From assembly GCA_964035575.1 (NCBI GenBank), contig OZ037847.1, positions 310,001 through 374,000 of the forward strand: a stretch of 64,000 bases of DNA, in the 5' to 3' direction. Numbering within the stretch: the stretch's first letter is position 1; each line of letters starts with the position of its first letter. Below the pieces are notes generated by a model that searched no databases, had not been told where the DNA came from, and was given only the letters and a program-made list of their open reading frames with translations. This stretch comes from Rhynchopus sp. YZ270_cl-10. Taxonomy: Eukaryota. The translations under genes were made by a program, and so were the position numbers. Below, one piece after another: positions 25,431-37,784 of the stretch.

Positions 25431-26744
25431 CTACTTCGTCACCTTGACCTTCTTTGCTTTTGGGATCACGACAGGCCCAGCCTCGTCTGTTCCCGTCATG
25501 GTGGCGTTCCTCTTTCTCTTGCCCGCCTTCTTCTCCGACGCAGCTGCTGCTGCGTCCACTGCTGCTGCGGGAGCCTCTGCAGCCGCCTCCCCACCCTCCT
25601 CCCCACCACGCGTCTTCTTGTGCGCCTTGAACTTCCTTGTTCCCATGGTCGCAAGCGACTGCTGGCCAACGTGAATTTGTCCGTGCTTTCCGAAGGTGTC
25701 GGTGGTAACGTTCTTCTCGTCCTTGGTGACAACGCCCTTGGGGATCTTTGTTGCGTACCTGGTATGGGGTTGTGGTGTGATGCATTTGAATATTAAATAT
25801 TCTGTCTCTCGAAACCTTAGGTTTTTACAACCTTACCTCTCTTTGAAAAAAAAAAGTGCAATTTGTCGTTCCCTCACCCCATTCTTGTAGTTGTGTTTGC
25901 TGACGCTTCCACAACTGTGTGCAAATTTAAAAAAAACCGGAAAAACCCGGAGGACATACTTCATCATCGCCGGCTTCGCCAATCTGACACGCCTCAACTC
26001 AAAGTCGATCGTCGGGCCGCTGTCTGTCAGCTCCACCTTCGGTATTTTCCCTCCGGACTTCTTGAGCTCGACGGTGTACTGTCTGAAGAGGATGACACCG
26101 TTTGTGATGGACGATCCGTCCTCCGAGACGGTAATCTCCTTCGATGCGTCCTTGGGCTTGAGGGTGACGGTGATGATACGGTCGAGCCCGAGGAGCTGGA
26201 TGTTCTCTGCGACTTTGCCTCTGAAGAAGTCGAGGAAGATGTTCTTAATTCTGTCGAAGGTGGGGTTCGACTTGAAGAGCTCCCCTGTGAAGAGCATCAT
26301 GGGCTTCGAGCCAATCATGATCTTGGCATTGCTGAGCATGGTTTCGAACTTCGTGACACCCATCTCGACCATGTCTAGGAGCTGGTAGTCGAAATGTCTC
26401 CCCAATACGATGTTGTGCGGTCTCTTGCCTGTTGCCTTGCTGTGCGAACCGAAGGCGAAGAGACTTGCGTCGTTTTTAAATGCAAGAAACTCCAAGTGCT
26501 TAGTCTCCTCAAACGGACGGAACTCATTCTTCTTCGTAAGCTTTATCGAATGCGGCTTCTTCATGATGTACAAATCAGTCAGAACATCCTGCACCACCTG
26601 ACTGCACTTCTCCCCCCGCAAAAACAACGCCGTTTTCGGGTTCTCGACTCTCTTAGGGATGACCTTTTTTAACGCAACTTTTGAGCGATGGTTTTTAGGC
26701 GCCCCTCTGACAAGCCCTCCTGTTGTTGTGTGTCCTGCAACCAT
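25431..26744 (-). CDS. RPF2: Ribosome production factor 2 (Brix domain), 370 aa, 2 exons (26744-25960, 25758-25431)
   Basis: Motifs ENPKTALFLRG, KNDASLFAFGSHSK..RPHNIVLGR, IGSKPMMLFTG, LDFFRG and KVELTDSGPTIDF. A 201-bp GTATGT..CAG intron restores the conserved tail KNVTTDTFGKHGQIHVGQQ..TRKFK. Confidence 0.93.
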
Positions 26745-27521
26745 TTTTTTCTTTTTTTCCTGTCAGATATTTTTTTGAAAACCAAAAAAAAAAGAGGATC
26801 GGAGAGGGAGTGGAATGGAACCACATACCGAGGCATCTCCAAGAAATGTGTCTCTGATAATAAAAAAAAAAATCAGGTATTTTTTTTTTGCTGTGCTAAT
26901 TTTTGGCTCCGCTGTTTGAACTATTGGAGAGTCTAGCGCAGTTCGTTTGTGGAGTTTACCCCCACCCTGCCTGAAGCACGCTAAAGAGGCGGCTTTACTA
27001 TGAGGGGGAGGAGTCACACAGGAGTGTACATTTGTATATTTTTTTTGTGTACGAGAGTTGCTAGAAGATGGCATTTTTTGGAACACAACATAACACATTT
27101 CTTTTTTTTTGTTTTGTTTTGAACAGCGTCAACATAGACGGAACACAGTTTTCACATAAACACGCTTTGCTGGGTTTTTCGTCCTTCGTTCGGAGAACGT
27201 GAGAGAGGGAAAGGAAATGAGGAACTCTTGTGCACAGACACAAAACATGGTAAGACAGGCAGGCATTGCCCCACTCGACAGCACACCCTCTTTTGGTTCA
27301 AACCTTCGTAACATCTTTCAACAAAGATTTGTAAGATGATCCGAAGCCCAAGTGCTTAGTCAAACTTTGAAATAAAAAGAATGGTTTCATATACCTTTAT
27401 AATCAAAGTGAACAGAAAAGCTAGAAGGGAAACGTATCAGAGTCACTACTCTGGGTTTGGCGGATAAAATACGATAACTTAAGGCTCGGGTACTTCACCT
27501 AGAAACAAAATCTGTCAAAAA

Positions 27522-27627
27522 AAATTGACTTGAAATACAAAGCCCTCTCGTGACAGTGTACCTTTGGTAAAATGACCGGCTGTACCGGGGTGGACACCCA
27601 ACCATGCAGTCCTACATCCATTTCGTG
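27522..27627. repeat. Dispersed short repeat family D (best copy)
   Basis: gtacctttggt...tgtacc...ccatgcagtcctacatccattt. Related copies near 7877 and 8883-8980, with a partial left end at 36383. Confidence 0.75.
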
Positions 27628-27836
27628 GTTTAGATCTGGAAAAATAATCTGGAAAAAGGAGTTCTCGAACGGGGAACCACTTGGCCCAAGGCACTAAAAA
27701 AAAAGGTGCATCCCGCATGCTGTAAGCTGAGGTGCAGTTCACTGCAATGGATATGGGTCGATGATGAAAGGGCAGAGAGGACCGTGTTCGGAGGGCTGCC
27801 GTCGGAAGGGAAGCTCCAAGAAGAGAAAAGAAAGTG

Positions 27837-27904
27837 AAGTTGATAGTGCAAACGCCTCTGGGACGCAGGCACTGACACTCCGCGGGTTATCGAACCCCGG
27901 AGTG
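27837..27904. repeat. Dispersed short repeat family C (best copy), double hairpin
   Basis: aagttgatagtgcaaacgcc...gacgcaggcactgacactccgcgggttatcgaacccc. Related copies near 7960, 8310, 9994, 10263, 18796, 22320, 24680, 28021, 62083, 63662 and 63785. Confidence 0.8.
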
Positions 27905-28314
27905 TTGCAAAGAAAACTGTCCAGAACAAAACGCACACACGAATATTCCCCATGTATATTAAAAAAAAATCCCCCCAGATCCCTCCCCCCATACACACAA
28001 CCCCACGCAAAAAAAAAGTGAAGTTGATAGTGCAAACGAAAATAAAATAAAGGTCACACGGCGCAAGCTAAACACGGATCTTATAGGAGTACATATTTTT
28101 TTGTTTTTTTTTTTTGTTTTTTTGTGCATCATTTCATTCTAAAAGAAACCCCATATCACGCGTGTGGTCCCATTTTTCAGACAAACCCCTTGTACCTCTT
28201 TTGACCCCAAGAATAAGAGCATTTTTTTGAAGAAAAAAAGTTTGTAAGAGGGTCAACACGCAGATGACGACAACGTACGAAACACCCGACAGTTCCAAAT
28301 TTTCCCTTTTTTTC

Positions 28315-30176
28315 TTATTTCGCAGAAAGGCTTGGTGGAGGTACTTTTGGAGGCAGGTGGGGCGGCATTATGGCACCACACAAAATGTCCTTAAACTGTG
28401 GGCAAGGGTGGTGGTGGTGGTGGTGGTGGTGGAGGAATTGAATGGGTTAAAGAGGGGGAGAAAAGAAGCTCGCAATACCTGCTTCAACTCCGCAATAGCG
28501 ATGAGGTACTCCTCTTGCCGGCTGACCTGGTCCTCGTCGCTTACGTCTTTCCGTTCATGTTCGAACCATTTTGACCTGAGTGATTTGATTTAATATTGTT
28601 CAATTTTGCGAGAAAAAGGAAGAAAAAAGACATAAAGATCTCCTGAATGCAGGGAAACAACGAGAAAAGAAAAGAAAAGAAACCCATACTGAAACCGGTC
28701 AATAATGTTTTGCAGGCCCACTCCAATCTCATGCTGTGTCTGCACCACCTCACGCAGATTCCTCCTGCACACTGTGTTGCTGCACAGACCGGTCATATGC
28801 TTCGGTGAGCAGGGTGGACCCCCTGGTGCAGTCACGCCTGCCACACTTACTCCTGGACGTCCACCTTTTACAACCGGCCGTGGAATGACCACAGGTTCAT
28901 CTTCTGGGTGGGGTGGGAGGACGGGGGCGGCGGGGATAAAGTGTTTGAGGGGTGAATCACTCCACTCGAGGGCTTTTGTGACGAAGACGCAGACGTCTTC
29001 CACTGGGGGGTACCGCATGAGGCGTTTGAGGGTGCCACTGTAGTCCATCGCGAGGAGATCGGTACTGATGTAGCTGAGCATGGCAGCACCGATGAGGGGC
29101 ATCAGACCCATCTCTAGGGGTGTCAACCCGGTAGCTTCGAGGGGCGCTAGGTCGACGTCTTGCACGGTGTTGAAAAGGATTTCACAAAGAATGCAGTCCC
29201 ACAGCGGGGCAGACCCGGCCACACCAAATTCACGAATAAACCAGACACGGAACCACCTGAGTGCATATACCGTCGGCTCGACGCCGTGCTCATTGAGATG
29301 GTTCGAAAGGCGTGGGTTATAGCAAGGTAATATGGTGTTCTGCAGTCTATGGCACAGTCGCACAATAGGTGTTTCATCGCCGCCTCTGGTATTCCCTTTC
29401 ACAACGATGTACCAATCCAAGAGCCGGGAGCGCCTAGAGGTGAGGAGGGAGGTGAATAGGTGGTACGCATCAGCCTCAATCGCCTCGTTGTCAGTGGGGA
29501 ATACCAGGGTAAGGAGGTCGAGGGTGCTGCTCTTCAGCGCCTTCTTCTCCTCGGTGGATGCCGTCTTTATACTATGCGAATTTCTGCAAAAATGGAACAC
29601 AAAAGCACCCAGCAAATCGTGCATGCCTTGCCGATACCCTGGATCAGGGAATTCCAAAGAGAACAGCCGTAGAACGTTGAGGAGAATTTCTGGGATAGGT
29701 GCTTTTTCGAAAAAACGGGATTCGTCTGACATTCTTGTCAAATCCTTTTTGATTTCACGTTCAATCGTGGACTGTTTAAAGACAACATTCCAGGAGGAGT
29801 CGGTATGGTCTGAGAGGGGATTGTCTATTGCGAGCCCTTCTTCGTCGTCGTCTTCCATATCTTTTGACTTGGGGCGTACAACGTGTTGTAGCTTCAGGTC
29901 GTGGTAGACTTTGCGCTTTGCTTCTAACTCTTCTTCCCATAGTGTCAGCACATCCTCCACCGATGCGCCCTTCTTAGGGATGGACACCTCCCCAAGGAAG
30001 ACCCGCCAATACAGCGACCGGATCCCGGTCTTCCGCATGCCCCCCATCCCCGCCCGCCACAGGTCCTCCACAGCGAATTTGCCGTTGAACAGCTCCTCGA
30101 CCTCCTCCGCCATCTCTGTGATGATGCATGGTAGAATCACCTCCTCCTCGCTGTCCGAAGTGTCGTCGTCGAACAT
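28315..30176 (-). CDS. TBC1D5: TBC-domain Rab GTPase-activating protein, TBC1D5-like; 3 exons (30176-28690, 28575-28479, 28395-28315)
   Basis: Catalytic IKKDLTR (IxxDxxR) and YRQGMHD (YxQ) motifs, plus DNPLS, LRWFRVWFIREF and LKRLMRYP. The spliced C-terminus IAELKQ|FKDIL resembles TBC1D5. Introns are 114 and 83 bp. Confidence 0.85.
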
Positions 30177-31080
30177 TGTGTGGGGGAGGGAGGGGGGGAT
30201 TGCTGCCTGAGGAGGGGTTTAAGGTTCCCAGTCTTGAGTGTTTTTTTGGAAAAATCAGATCAGAAAACAGACCGCGCATTGCAAACACAGCGGAGTACAG
30301 CAAGAAGCTGAAGGCAAAATCTAAGGCACCAGAGGTTTATTTGGCGGTTGGTGGCATCCATTTTTCCCGTTGAGTAAGTTGGCAAAAAATTGCACTTAAG
30401 ATATGATGGCTTTTTTATTTCTGTTCCGTTTACCACGGTTCATGCTAAAACCCCAAGGGAATAACAGTAAAATACGTATTTTGTATCGGTTACAGGAACC
30501 GGAACTAAGGGCGGAACAAAAGAAAAGAAAACTTGAGATTAAACTCTGGATGGGGAAAACACATCTTGGTCTGTGCGTTTATTTTTGTTGTCTTACAGAC
30601 AGGTACTTACGCGGAACACTGGGGAAGCCCTCTTCGGTTGTCACCAAAGGAGAAGAGCCCCACGAAAGCACCAATAAGATAGCACGACAAAAAGAACAAT
30701 ACCATATGAACCTGAACATCACGTGTGTAGCCACCTTACGTAATCTAGAAAAAAGGGTTACGGCCTTTGTCACAAGAAGAATTTGCAAGAAAAAATATAA
30801 AAGTTGCCTTTCCCATAAAGCCTCGCACTCCCACACAGTCTGCAATACATTGACATTGGAGGAAAGTCTGGCAAAGTATCACAACCCAAGAGAGAAGAGA
30901 AAGGTGGCTTCACGTGAACGTGAAAAGAATGGTTTTATTTAAGGGGGTGTACAGTACATTGTACTTTGTACAGAACGGTAATTTTGGGTGAACTACGGCG
31001 AAAATCAAAGAAAAGTTTATAAGATGACCTTAAGCCTCTCGTGCTCAGTGACCAATCAAGACTGCGTGAATTTATTTGAA

Positions 31081-31150
31081 AAATGGTAGTCATTAATGCA
31101 GGCACCTCCGACTGACCCACCTACGATGCCAGCCATCCGGATGAAAGCAC
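31081..31150. repeat. Dispersed short repeat family B (best copy), ~70-nt hairpin
   Basis: aaatggtagtcatt(a/g)atgcaggcacctccgactgacccac(c/g)tacgatgccagccatccggatgaaagcac. Related copies near 9352, 13382, 16305, 21203, 22004 and 61833. Confidence 0.85.
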
Positions 31151-31438
31151 AACTTTTAAACAAGAAAACTTTGTAAGATCACCTAACAAAGTAAAATAAT
31201 GGGTGAAAAAATCAAAAAAAAATTGGGCAAAATCAACCCCAAATAGAGAACATCACTAAACAAACAGTTGGTTAGAAGGGGCTGAAACGAAAAACATGAA
31301 GACCACCAGGCCCCCCCAAATCCTGCTAAAGGTCGTTTCCAACCGTACCAGAACGAGGGGAGGGGGATCTACACTAAAAAAGAAAACTGCTTTGTTTAGA
31401 AACTTCACATTTCTCCACCATGTTTCAAAAACTACCGA

Positions 31439-31990
31439 CTATACCAACGGATCCCCCTTTTTATAAGAGGATATTTCATCTCGTGTGAAATTTGTATTTT
31501 TGACGCGGGTTATGAAGACTCCGGGACAACAGAAGGGGCAACGGGAGGTTATTTTGCCTTTGTTTAATCCTTGGTTGCGACGATGCTTGCGTGGGGGTGG
31601 CGATTCGGTGCGGCTGTGACAGCTGCGGCGTTTGCCTTTCTGGAGGAGACGTCCTTTGCGCTTTGAAATAAGGTCCCCTACAATAGCTGCCGGACCTCCG
31701 GTTGTCTTGGGGAGGGGATCCTGCGCCACCGTGATATCTCCTTCAGTCGCAGAGAAGCTTGTCGCGGGAAGGCCTCCCAGGCGTCCTGTCATCCGAATAT
31801 ACCGTGTCACCTCCGTGAGGCCCTTTCCTGCCTGGGAGCAGCCGCAGACGCGGAAGTTGTTGCCGTCCTGCTGGAGGATCTCGTCGTTTTGGCGGTAGAG
31901 GCGCTCCCCAAAGACACGTACCTTCTCCTCCTCCAGGCGGAGGCGTGCGGTGCGTCCGTTCTCCTTTCTTTGGTTGAAGAACTCCTCCAT
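31439..31990 (-). CDS. Hypothetical basic protein, ~183 aa
   Basis: GC-rich ORF from MEEFFNQRK, co-oriented with its neighbours; no recognisable domain. Confidence 0.5.
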   Translation of the reverse strand: MEEFFNQRKENGRTARLRLEEEKVRVFGERLYRQNDEILQQDGNNFRVCGCSQAGKGLTEVTRYIRMTGRLGGLPATSFSATEGDITVAQDPLPKTTGGPAAIVGDLISKRKGRLLQKGKRRSCHSRTESPPPRKHRRNQGLNKGKITSRCPFCCPGVFITRVKNTNFTRDEISSYKKGDPLV

Positions 31991-32204
31991 AGTGAGGTGT
32001 AGTGTAGTGTAGGGTGTTGTGTGGGTTGTCCTGTGGTGAGGGGAATAGAGTAATTTCATCATATGCAATCAATAGATTGATAGTATATGGTGGATCAACA
32101 AAAATGTTCCCATCTTTCTTGAGAATAGAGAAAAAAAAAACTGTAAGATAAATGGAATGTTTCTAGTGCATTATAGGGGCATTATAGGGGCAACGACCCT
32201 GTGG

Positions 32205-34893
32205 ACGTGGTAAAGAAGATGGGAACAATCGTTTGGGACACACTAGAAATGTTGCCTAGATCCGAGGAATCTGTTGTTTCGAAATGTACAGGCATGCAGG
32301 CACTGTGGCTTCCTGAGGACCGTGGTTAGAGAAGGGAATACAAAAGGAAAAAGAAAATACATTGAGACGAATGTGTCTCTCTTCTTAGTAAAGTAAAAAT
32401 GACGCTTTTGTTTTTATATGGCTGTTTCGGCGTTTATGCTTTAATTTTGGTGGAAAATGTGGAGGGGGTTTACCCGCTGTACACAGATCTGAAATGTCGG
32501 ACTTTCTCTAAACAATTTAAGATGTCCGATGACTCAATGCTGTTCTGTGTAAGGGTGTACGTTAGTGGAGATGTGTATGTTTGTGTGGCGCTGGTGTTAG
32601 ACACACTGGTATTTTACAAAATAAAAATAAGAAAAATGTTATTGAACGTAAGCCTCTTGTGCTTAGTCACCTAAAGTTTGGGCAGCATTTTATTTGGAAA
32701 AAGAACACAAAAACTCTTTATCACGACTTCTATGCTCTGCACAGTCTTCTCTTCACAGCGATTGTTCTTCGCAATGTTATGCTCAATCGATCGATACCTC
32801 GAAAAATAAAGGGGGAAAGGAAAGCTTCAAAGGCGAATATGCGTGTGCATACACACTTTACTTTGAAGCTTTTCTAAACAAACGTAAGACCCGGGGGGGA
32901 GGGAAAGATGGCTTAAATGTTTCTTATTCTTCGAGCCTTGTATTTGCTGGAAGAAGAAAAAATCGAAAAGTGTAACTATTTTTTTTTTTTGTAAATCAAG
33001 GTACTTGACAATAGGAAATAGAAACGACGGAAGGTGCGTGCCCGCCAGCTTGTGTTTTCTCACTCATTATTTTTTCTCTCTCATACAACACACACTTCAG
33101 CGAAAAAACACAACAAGCTTGCGGAGCGATAAACGAAAAAGTTGTTTTTCATTGTTTTCTTTTTATTCAGAACCGAAAGTTAGTTTCTATTTTTGCAACA
33201 TCTGCTGTTCTCTCACATCCAACCAAGCTCCTTCATGGCCCAAGGTGCGTTCCAGATTTTGGTCATTCCGATGATTTTGTTGGCATCGTTGAACTTGATG
33301 ACGTAGACGTAGTGGGAGTTTGTGGTTTTGTTTGTGGGCTCGCAGGGTCCGGGGCCAGTGTGCTTGCCAGTGAAGGTGGCGAAGAAGGACACCGACTTGC
33401 GCTCCTCATCCACACCGACGTGGTGCAGCTCGTACGAACACCCAGGGACTGTCGCGTCCCCGAACCCCTTCATCCACTCTGTGTACTTAGCCAGGGTTTT
33501 GATGTCTGCAATCGGCTCGGACTGCGCGGTGAACGTTGCATCCTCCGTGTGGTACTCCGCACAAGGCTTTCCTGTCTCACATGCAACAAAAAACGCGTTG
33601 GCGGTGGCCAGCATTGTTGGAAAGTGTCCTTTTTTTGAAATACTGTCTGAAGATGGATGGTGGAAAGCAGAGGAAAGGGAGAAAGGGAGGTGAAATTACA
33701 AAGGGGGTTGTAGCAATGTTCATTTTTTTTGGAGGCAGTTGTAAGGAGGGTTTTTTGGAATCAGCAAAAAAACGGAGAAGTTTTGGGGAGGTTTCTATAA
33801 AAGAATTAAGGAAGAAAGACAAAATACAAAGCCCTCTCTTCATCGCAGAAACACTCTTGAAACATTTTTTTTTTAAAATTGCAAGACGTCTAATAAAAGT
33901 ACTGCAAGCAACGAGCAACATTTTTTAAAAATAGAAATCCGTGACTGGCCAGTAACTTAGAGTCCAGATGTCACACAGACAGTTCTCCATCCCCTCGTTG
34001 TTTGCATAATTGTTGGAGCAATCCCACAATCTGTGCCTCGTTTTTTAAAGCAATAGGGGGGAAGTGGGTTTCGTTCGAATGAAATCAAAAGAATAAAAAA
34101 GGATTTTTGAAAAGGAAAACAATAAGATGCGCCTCGCTGTGTGTGCACAATACTTATCGAAAAAGAAAAAAAGGGTTAAGTAGATGACAACCCACACCTC
34201 TGCTGTTGTCACCTTTAGAATCAAAAAGGAAGGCCGCTAAACAGAAACGCTGCTCGCAATTTGGCGAGACAGACGGTCGCTAGAACGGCACAAACGTTAA
34301 AACCAATCATATGCTCCCATTCTAAGCGAAAGCACACAATGACGTTCAAACACGATACATGCTAAAACAAAAAAGCAAAACCTAGAAGGTGGCCCTAAGC
34401 CTCTCGTGCTTAGTCACCCTAAGGTAAAGTGCGAACAGTACCAGAGGAATGTGGACAGTTCATAAATAATTGGGAAGCCTCAAAGTGCTCAGACAAGACA
34501 CAAATAAGCTCGGGGAGAAAAAAACCGAAACCTCACCTGACACGCTGTCTGACGATATGCGCAGACCAGAATGAATATGAGGAATGTGGCTGCCAAAAGC
34601 AGCTGACGTTTCCCCACACAGGATGGTGTGGTTACAGCAAAATTGGAAAATATTTGAAAACAAAAAATATACTTTCAATTCTTTCAGTACAAGACATCAC
34701 AACCCTGAACAAACAAAATAGGAAAGATACATGACGCATATGGTTCTGTTGCTTTTGGGATGTATGAGGTTCCTTTGGGGAAACGAAAAGTGAAGTTGAT
34801 AACATGCACACACCTTGGCAGGCAGGCACGTACCATCAAAACAAACGAGAGTAGGCCAATGAACGACACCTGCTCGCAATTTTGTGCGAGACA
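32205..34893. repeat. Segmental duplication, copy 1 (copy 2 at ~45673-47533)
   Basis: Colinear similarity from cgtggt(a/c)aagaagat to caattttgtgcgagaca, with several large indels; includes the SnoaL-like gene. Confidence 0.9.
33213..33614 (-). CDS. SnoaL-like / NTF2-fold (ester cyclase family) protein, 133 aa, bacterial type
   Basis: AFFxACETGK, DATFxAQ, YTEWMKG, FTGKHTGPGP..PTNK and YVYV..F...KI..MTKIWN..LGW match a bacterial SnoaL-like family as I recall it. Intronless. Confidence 0.85.
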   Translation of the reverse strand: MLATANAFFVACETGKPCAEYHTEDATFTAQSEPIADIKTLAKYTEWMKGFGDATVPGCSYELHHVGVDEERKSVSFFATFTGKHTGPGPCEPTNKTTNSHYVYVIKFNDANKIIGMTKIWNAPWAMKELGWM

Positions 34894-36092
34894 GGTGGTC
34901 GTTAAGGATTGACACACACGCCAAGCAATATGAATGCCCAGCACGACAAATTTTGTTGAGCTGTATATAGGTGGGGGGAAGGGAGACATGATGATCATCA
35001 AGTGACCGAAGCGATCTAGCCTCCTTGACAATCAACAGTGATTTCTCTTTTGGTAGGATGCATCTCACGGGGAAACACTTGAAAGAATTGTTTCATATAC
35101 ATTCTTTTTCTAAAAGAAGTTTGAAAGAAGAAAACTTTCTTTTGAAAGAAGGGGATGTGTCTTTGCTGTACACACCCATCTATACAAAGGGGCTAAAATA
35201 TATTTCCAAACGTTTTCCGTAAAACACCAGCCCAGTCCAACACACGCATCCAAAGAGAAAAGAAAGAAAACTCGAGAATGGATGACACCATTCAAGCGTT
35301 CTGGGAGTACATTTGCACCCTCCGGTAAGAGACTGAGATCAAAGCTCTGTTCTGTCCGGGTATGCAATCATTCTCCGGGCATGCATCTTTCAAACTGTCC
35401 CCAATGGTGTATTATTGGCCAAACATGACCATTTGTGGTACAGCCACTGAATTATCCCCACCCAACTCCAACTCGCCTTGTTTTGGTATACCTGACCCTG
35501 GTAGTTGTTCTAACCTTACACAATTATCAGGTCCAGCATACGCTGCTTTCTGTCATTCACATGGATCTGACAATTGCGTTTTTTGAAGAAAAACAGGGCA
35601 GCACATCAATGAATCATGAAAGTTCAAAGCGCAGTGTGGGAAGAAAACTTGAAAGATGCATATGGCTCTGCTTCTGTGCAGATCTAAAACAAAAATATTT
35701 GAGAAATGATTTTTGAGTCTCGCGGCTCAATCATCAAAAGGGGCATAAGTACGCACAACTGGGGAGAAAAAAAAGACAAGGTTATAGGATGACTCTCAGC
35801 TTCTTGTAGTCACCTTTAAGTTATAGTTCTTGAAAGATGGGTGCACCCTGTAGGAGCACAAAAACCTAAAAAGAGTGATGCGAAGTCCATAAAGGATACA
35901 ACCACATTAATGAGCGTACTCAGTAAATGTAGGTACACAAAAAATTAAAAAAAAACTTCGCAAAAAAGAAAAATGGGGGTTTTCCTTCGTCTTGGAAAAA
36001 CGGTGTGTATCTAGTAGGGTTGTAATGCTATCGCTAACCATCACTTCAACGCTAAGTGAAGTAATCGTGAAAGCTCTGCATATTTTTTTGTA

Positions 36093-36363
36093 CCGACCCT
36101 CCCCCGTGAAATTGTCCCCCCCTCCGACCCCCTTGAAATTGTCCCCCCTGGGAGAAAAAGTGAGGGGGGGACAATATCACGTATGGCAAAAGGGGGGGAC
36201 AATTTCTCGTACTGTAGGGGGGTGGCCGTTTTGGTGTGAAGAAGGGGGAGCAAAGGCTGTCCCTGCGACTCCCTTGAAATTGTCCCCCCCTGCCTTGAAA
36301 TTGTCCGTAGGGGCAAAATACCGGTTTTTTTTGGGGGGGGACAATTTCACGGGGGAGGGTCGG
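36093..36363. mobile_element. MITE with TA TSD (Tc1/mariner-type)
   Basis: TIR CCGACCCTCCCCCGTGAAATTGTCCCCC, TA on both sides, internal GAAATTGTCCCC repeats. Confidence 0.88.
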
Positions 36364-37560
36364 TACAAAAAAAGAGAAAAATAAGTTGACTTGAAATGCA
36401 GAGCCTCCGCTCGTGTACTGTGCAGTACGAAACCATGATGCCCCTACTATTTCAAGGTTAACATCTTGAAAAACGGAAGACAAATGGACCTCATGACACA
36501 CTTCAAGAGAACAGTTTGTAAGACGACGCAAACCTCATACAAAGTCATTTAACCCTCTTTAAAGAAACTAGCAAACCCAGCTCTGATCTTCATCTACAAA
36601 GAAACACACCATCTCACAAAAGCGCCCCACTTTTTTTATTATTTCGCAATACTGTAATTTGATACAGTGCTCCAAAAAAAAAATTGGCGGGTTTTTTTTA
36701 CCAAACATATTTGAAGCACTGTAGCTATCGGAAGGGGGGAAGTACGGGCGAGTAAAAGTAGAAAGATATAAAAAGGGAGTGAGTATGTAAAAGAAAAAAA
36801 ACGTTTCGTTTTTGACCGCCCCAAAACGATATTCAGAAAAAGGGTGGTCTGGCATTCAATTCAGGGGATGTGCTGGGGGGGGGGAAAAGTTGTGCACGTT
36901 TGTTCAGGAAAGATGGCACCACCACGAAAACCGAGAGAAGCTGTACCCGAGGCAACAGCATTTTCCAGAAAAATCGCGAGTTTTTGGCCTGCGTTGGGTG
37001 ACTATAGCATGTAAAGCTAGGGTATGGATTAGCGCAGTGTGCAATCTCCACTTTTTTTTTGGGGTGGGTCCGAAAGAACACTTAACGAAAGCACACTATC
37101 AGATTGCAAGATTACCAAAAAGGGGGTGGTAGGTGTGAAAGAGAGGGAGACCCTCGAAAAGTGGAGGGAGAAAAGGTATGTGGTGCTGTCATAGTAAACA
37201 AAAAATCTTTGCAAGAAAATAAATGGGTGCGTAAGGGCAGCCGTGCTGCCCTGATTGATCTTCCCAGGCCTGAGTTAATGAAGGCGACCTACAATACGGG
37301 GGGCACAACACAAATCAAAAAAAAAAAAAGTGTGCACGCAGTAAAAAGTTCGCATACAATTGAGGTGGGGACAATCACAGAAATCATATACTACAGAGCA
37401 AGAACGGGCTGGGAAGGCAGAGAGAGAAGAGATAATACATATCGCGGTAGGTGTGAAGGCTTCTTTTGCGGCATCTGATCCCCGAATGGGTTTCTGGAAA
37501 CTAGATGACGCGACTGACATTCACTGGGAAGGTGCGAAGGGGAAAAAATCAAGATTTAAA

Positions 37561-37593
37561 AAGATGAACCTAAGCCTCTCGTGCTTAGTCACC
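37561..37593. repeat. Dispersed short repeat family A (best copy), ~33-nt hairpin
   Basis: aagatgaacctaagcctctcgtgcttagtcacc. Related copies near 5955, 13519, 14675, 15057, 20314, 27333, 31021, 32641, 34386, 35786 and 47022. Confidence 0.88.
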
Positions 37594-37784
37594 TTGAATT
37601 GAGGAAAAAAATGCTGGAGGGGATACGCAGACCTGAGACTCGAGCATTTTTACTCACTTTTTTGAAGAAAAACATGGTACTTTTTCCAAACGCAGATTCG
37701 GAGGGGAGAAAAAAGATGAGTGTGTGCCCCTCGTGCACACACATCTAAAAAACTGTTTTGAAAAAACAATTTTACAGGAAAGCC

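Noticed and set aside
24550..25785. 411-aa minus ORF
   Set aside because: Off-frame over RPF2 exon 2, then runs through T-rich non-coding sequence.
27837..27850. Resemblance of TGCACTATCAACTT to a conserved SSU rRNA segment
   Set aside because: Only ~14 nt with a mismatch, and the flanks do not match rRNA.
31021..31150. Families A/B as hammerhead or HDV-like ribozymes, or as C/D or H/ACA snoRNAs
   Set aside because: No CUGANGA core, no HDV pseudoknot, and no correctly placed C/D or ACA/AGA boxes that I could verify.
35220..35585. GC-balanced stretch resembling a gene fragment
   Set aside because: Stops in the frames I read and no recognisable motif.
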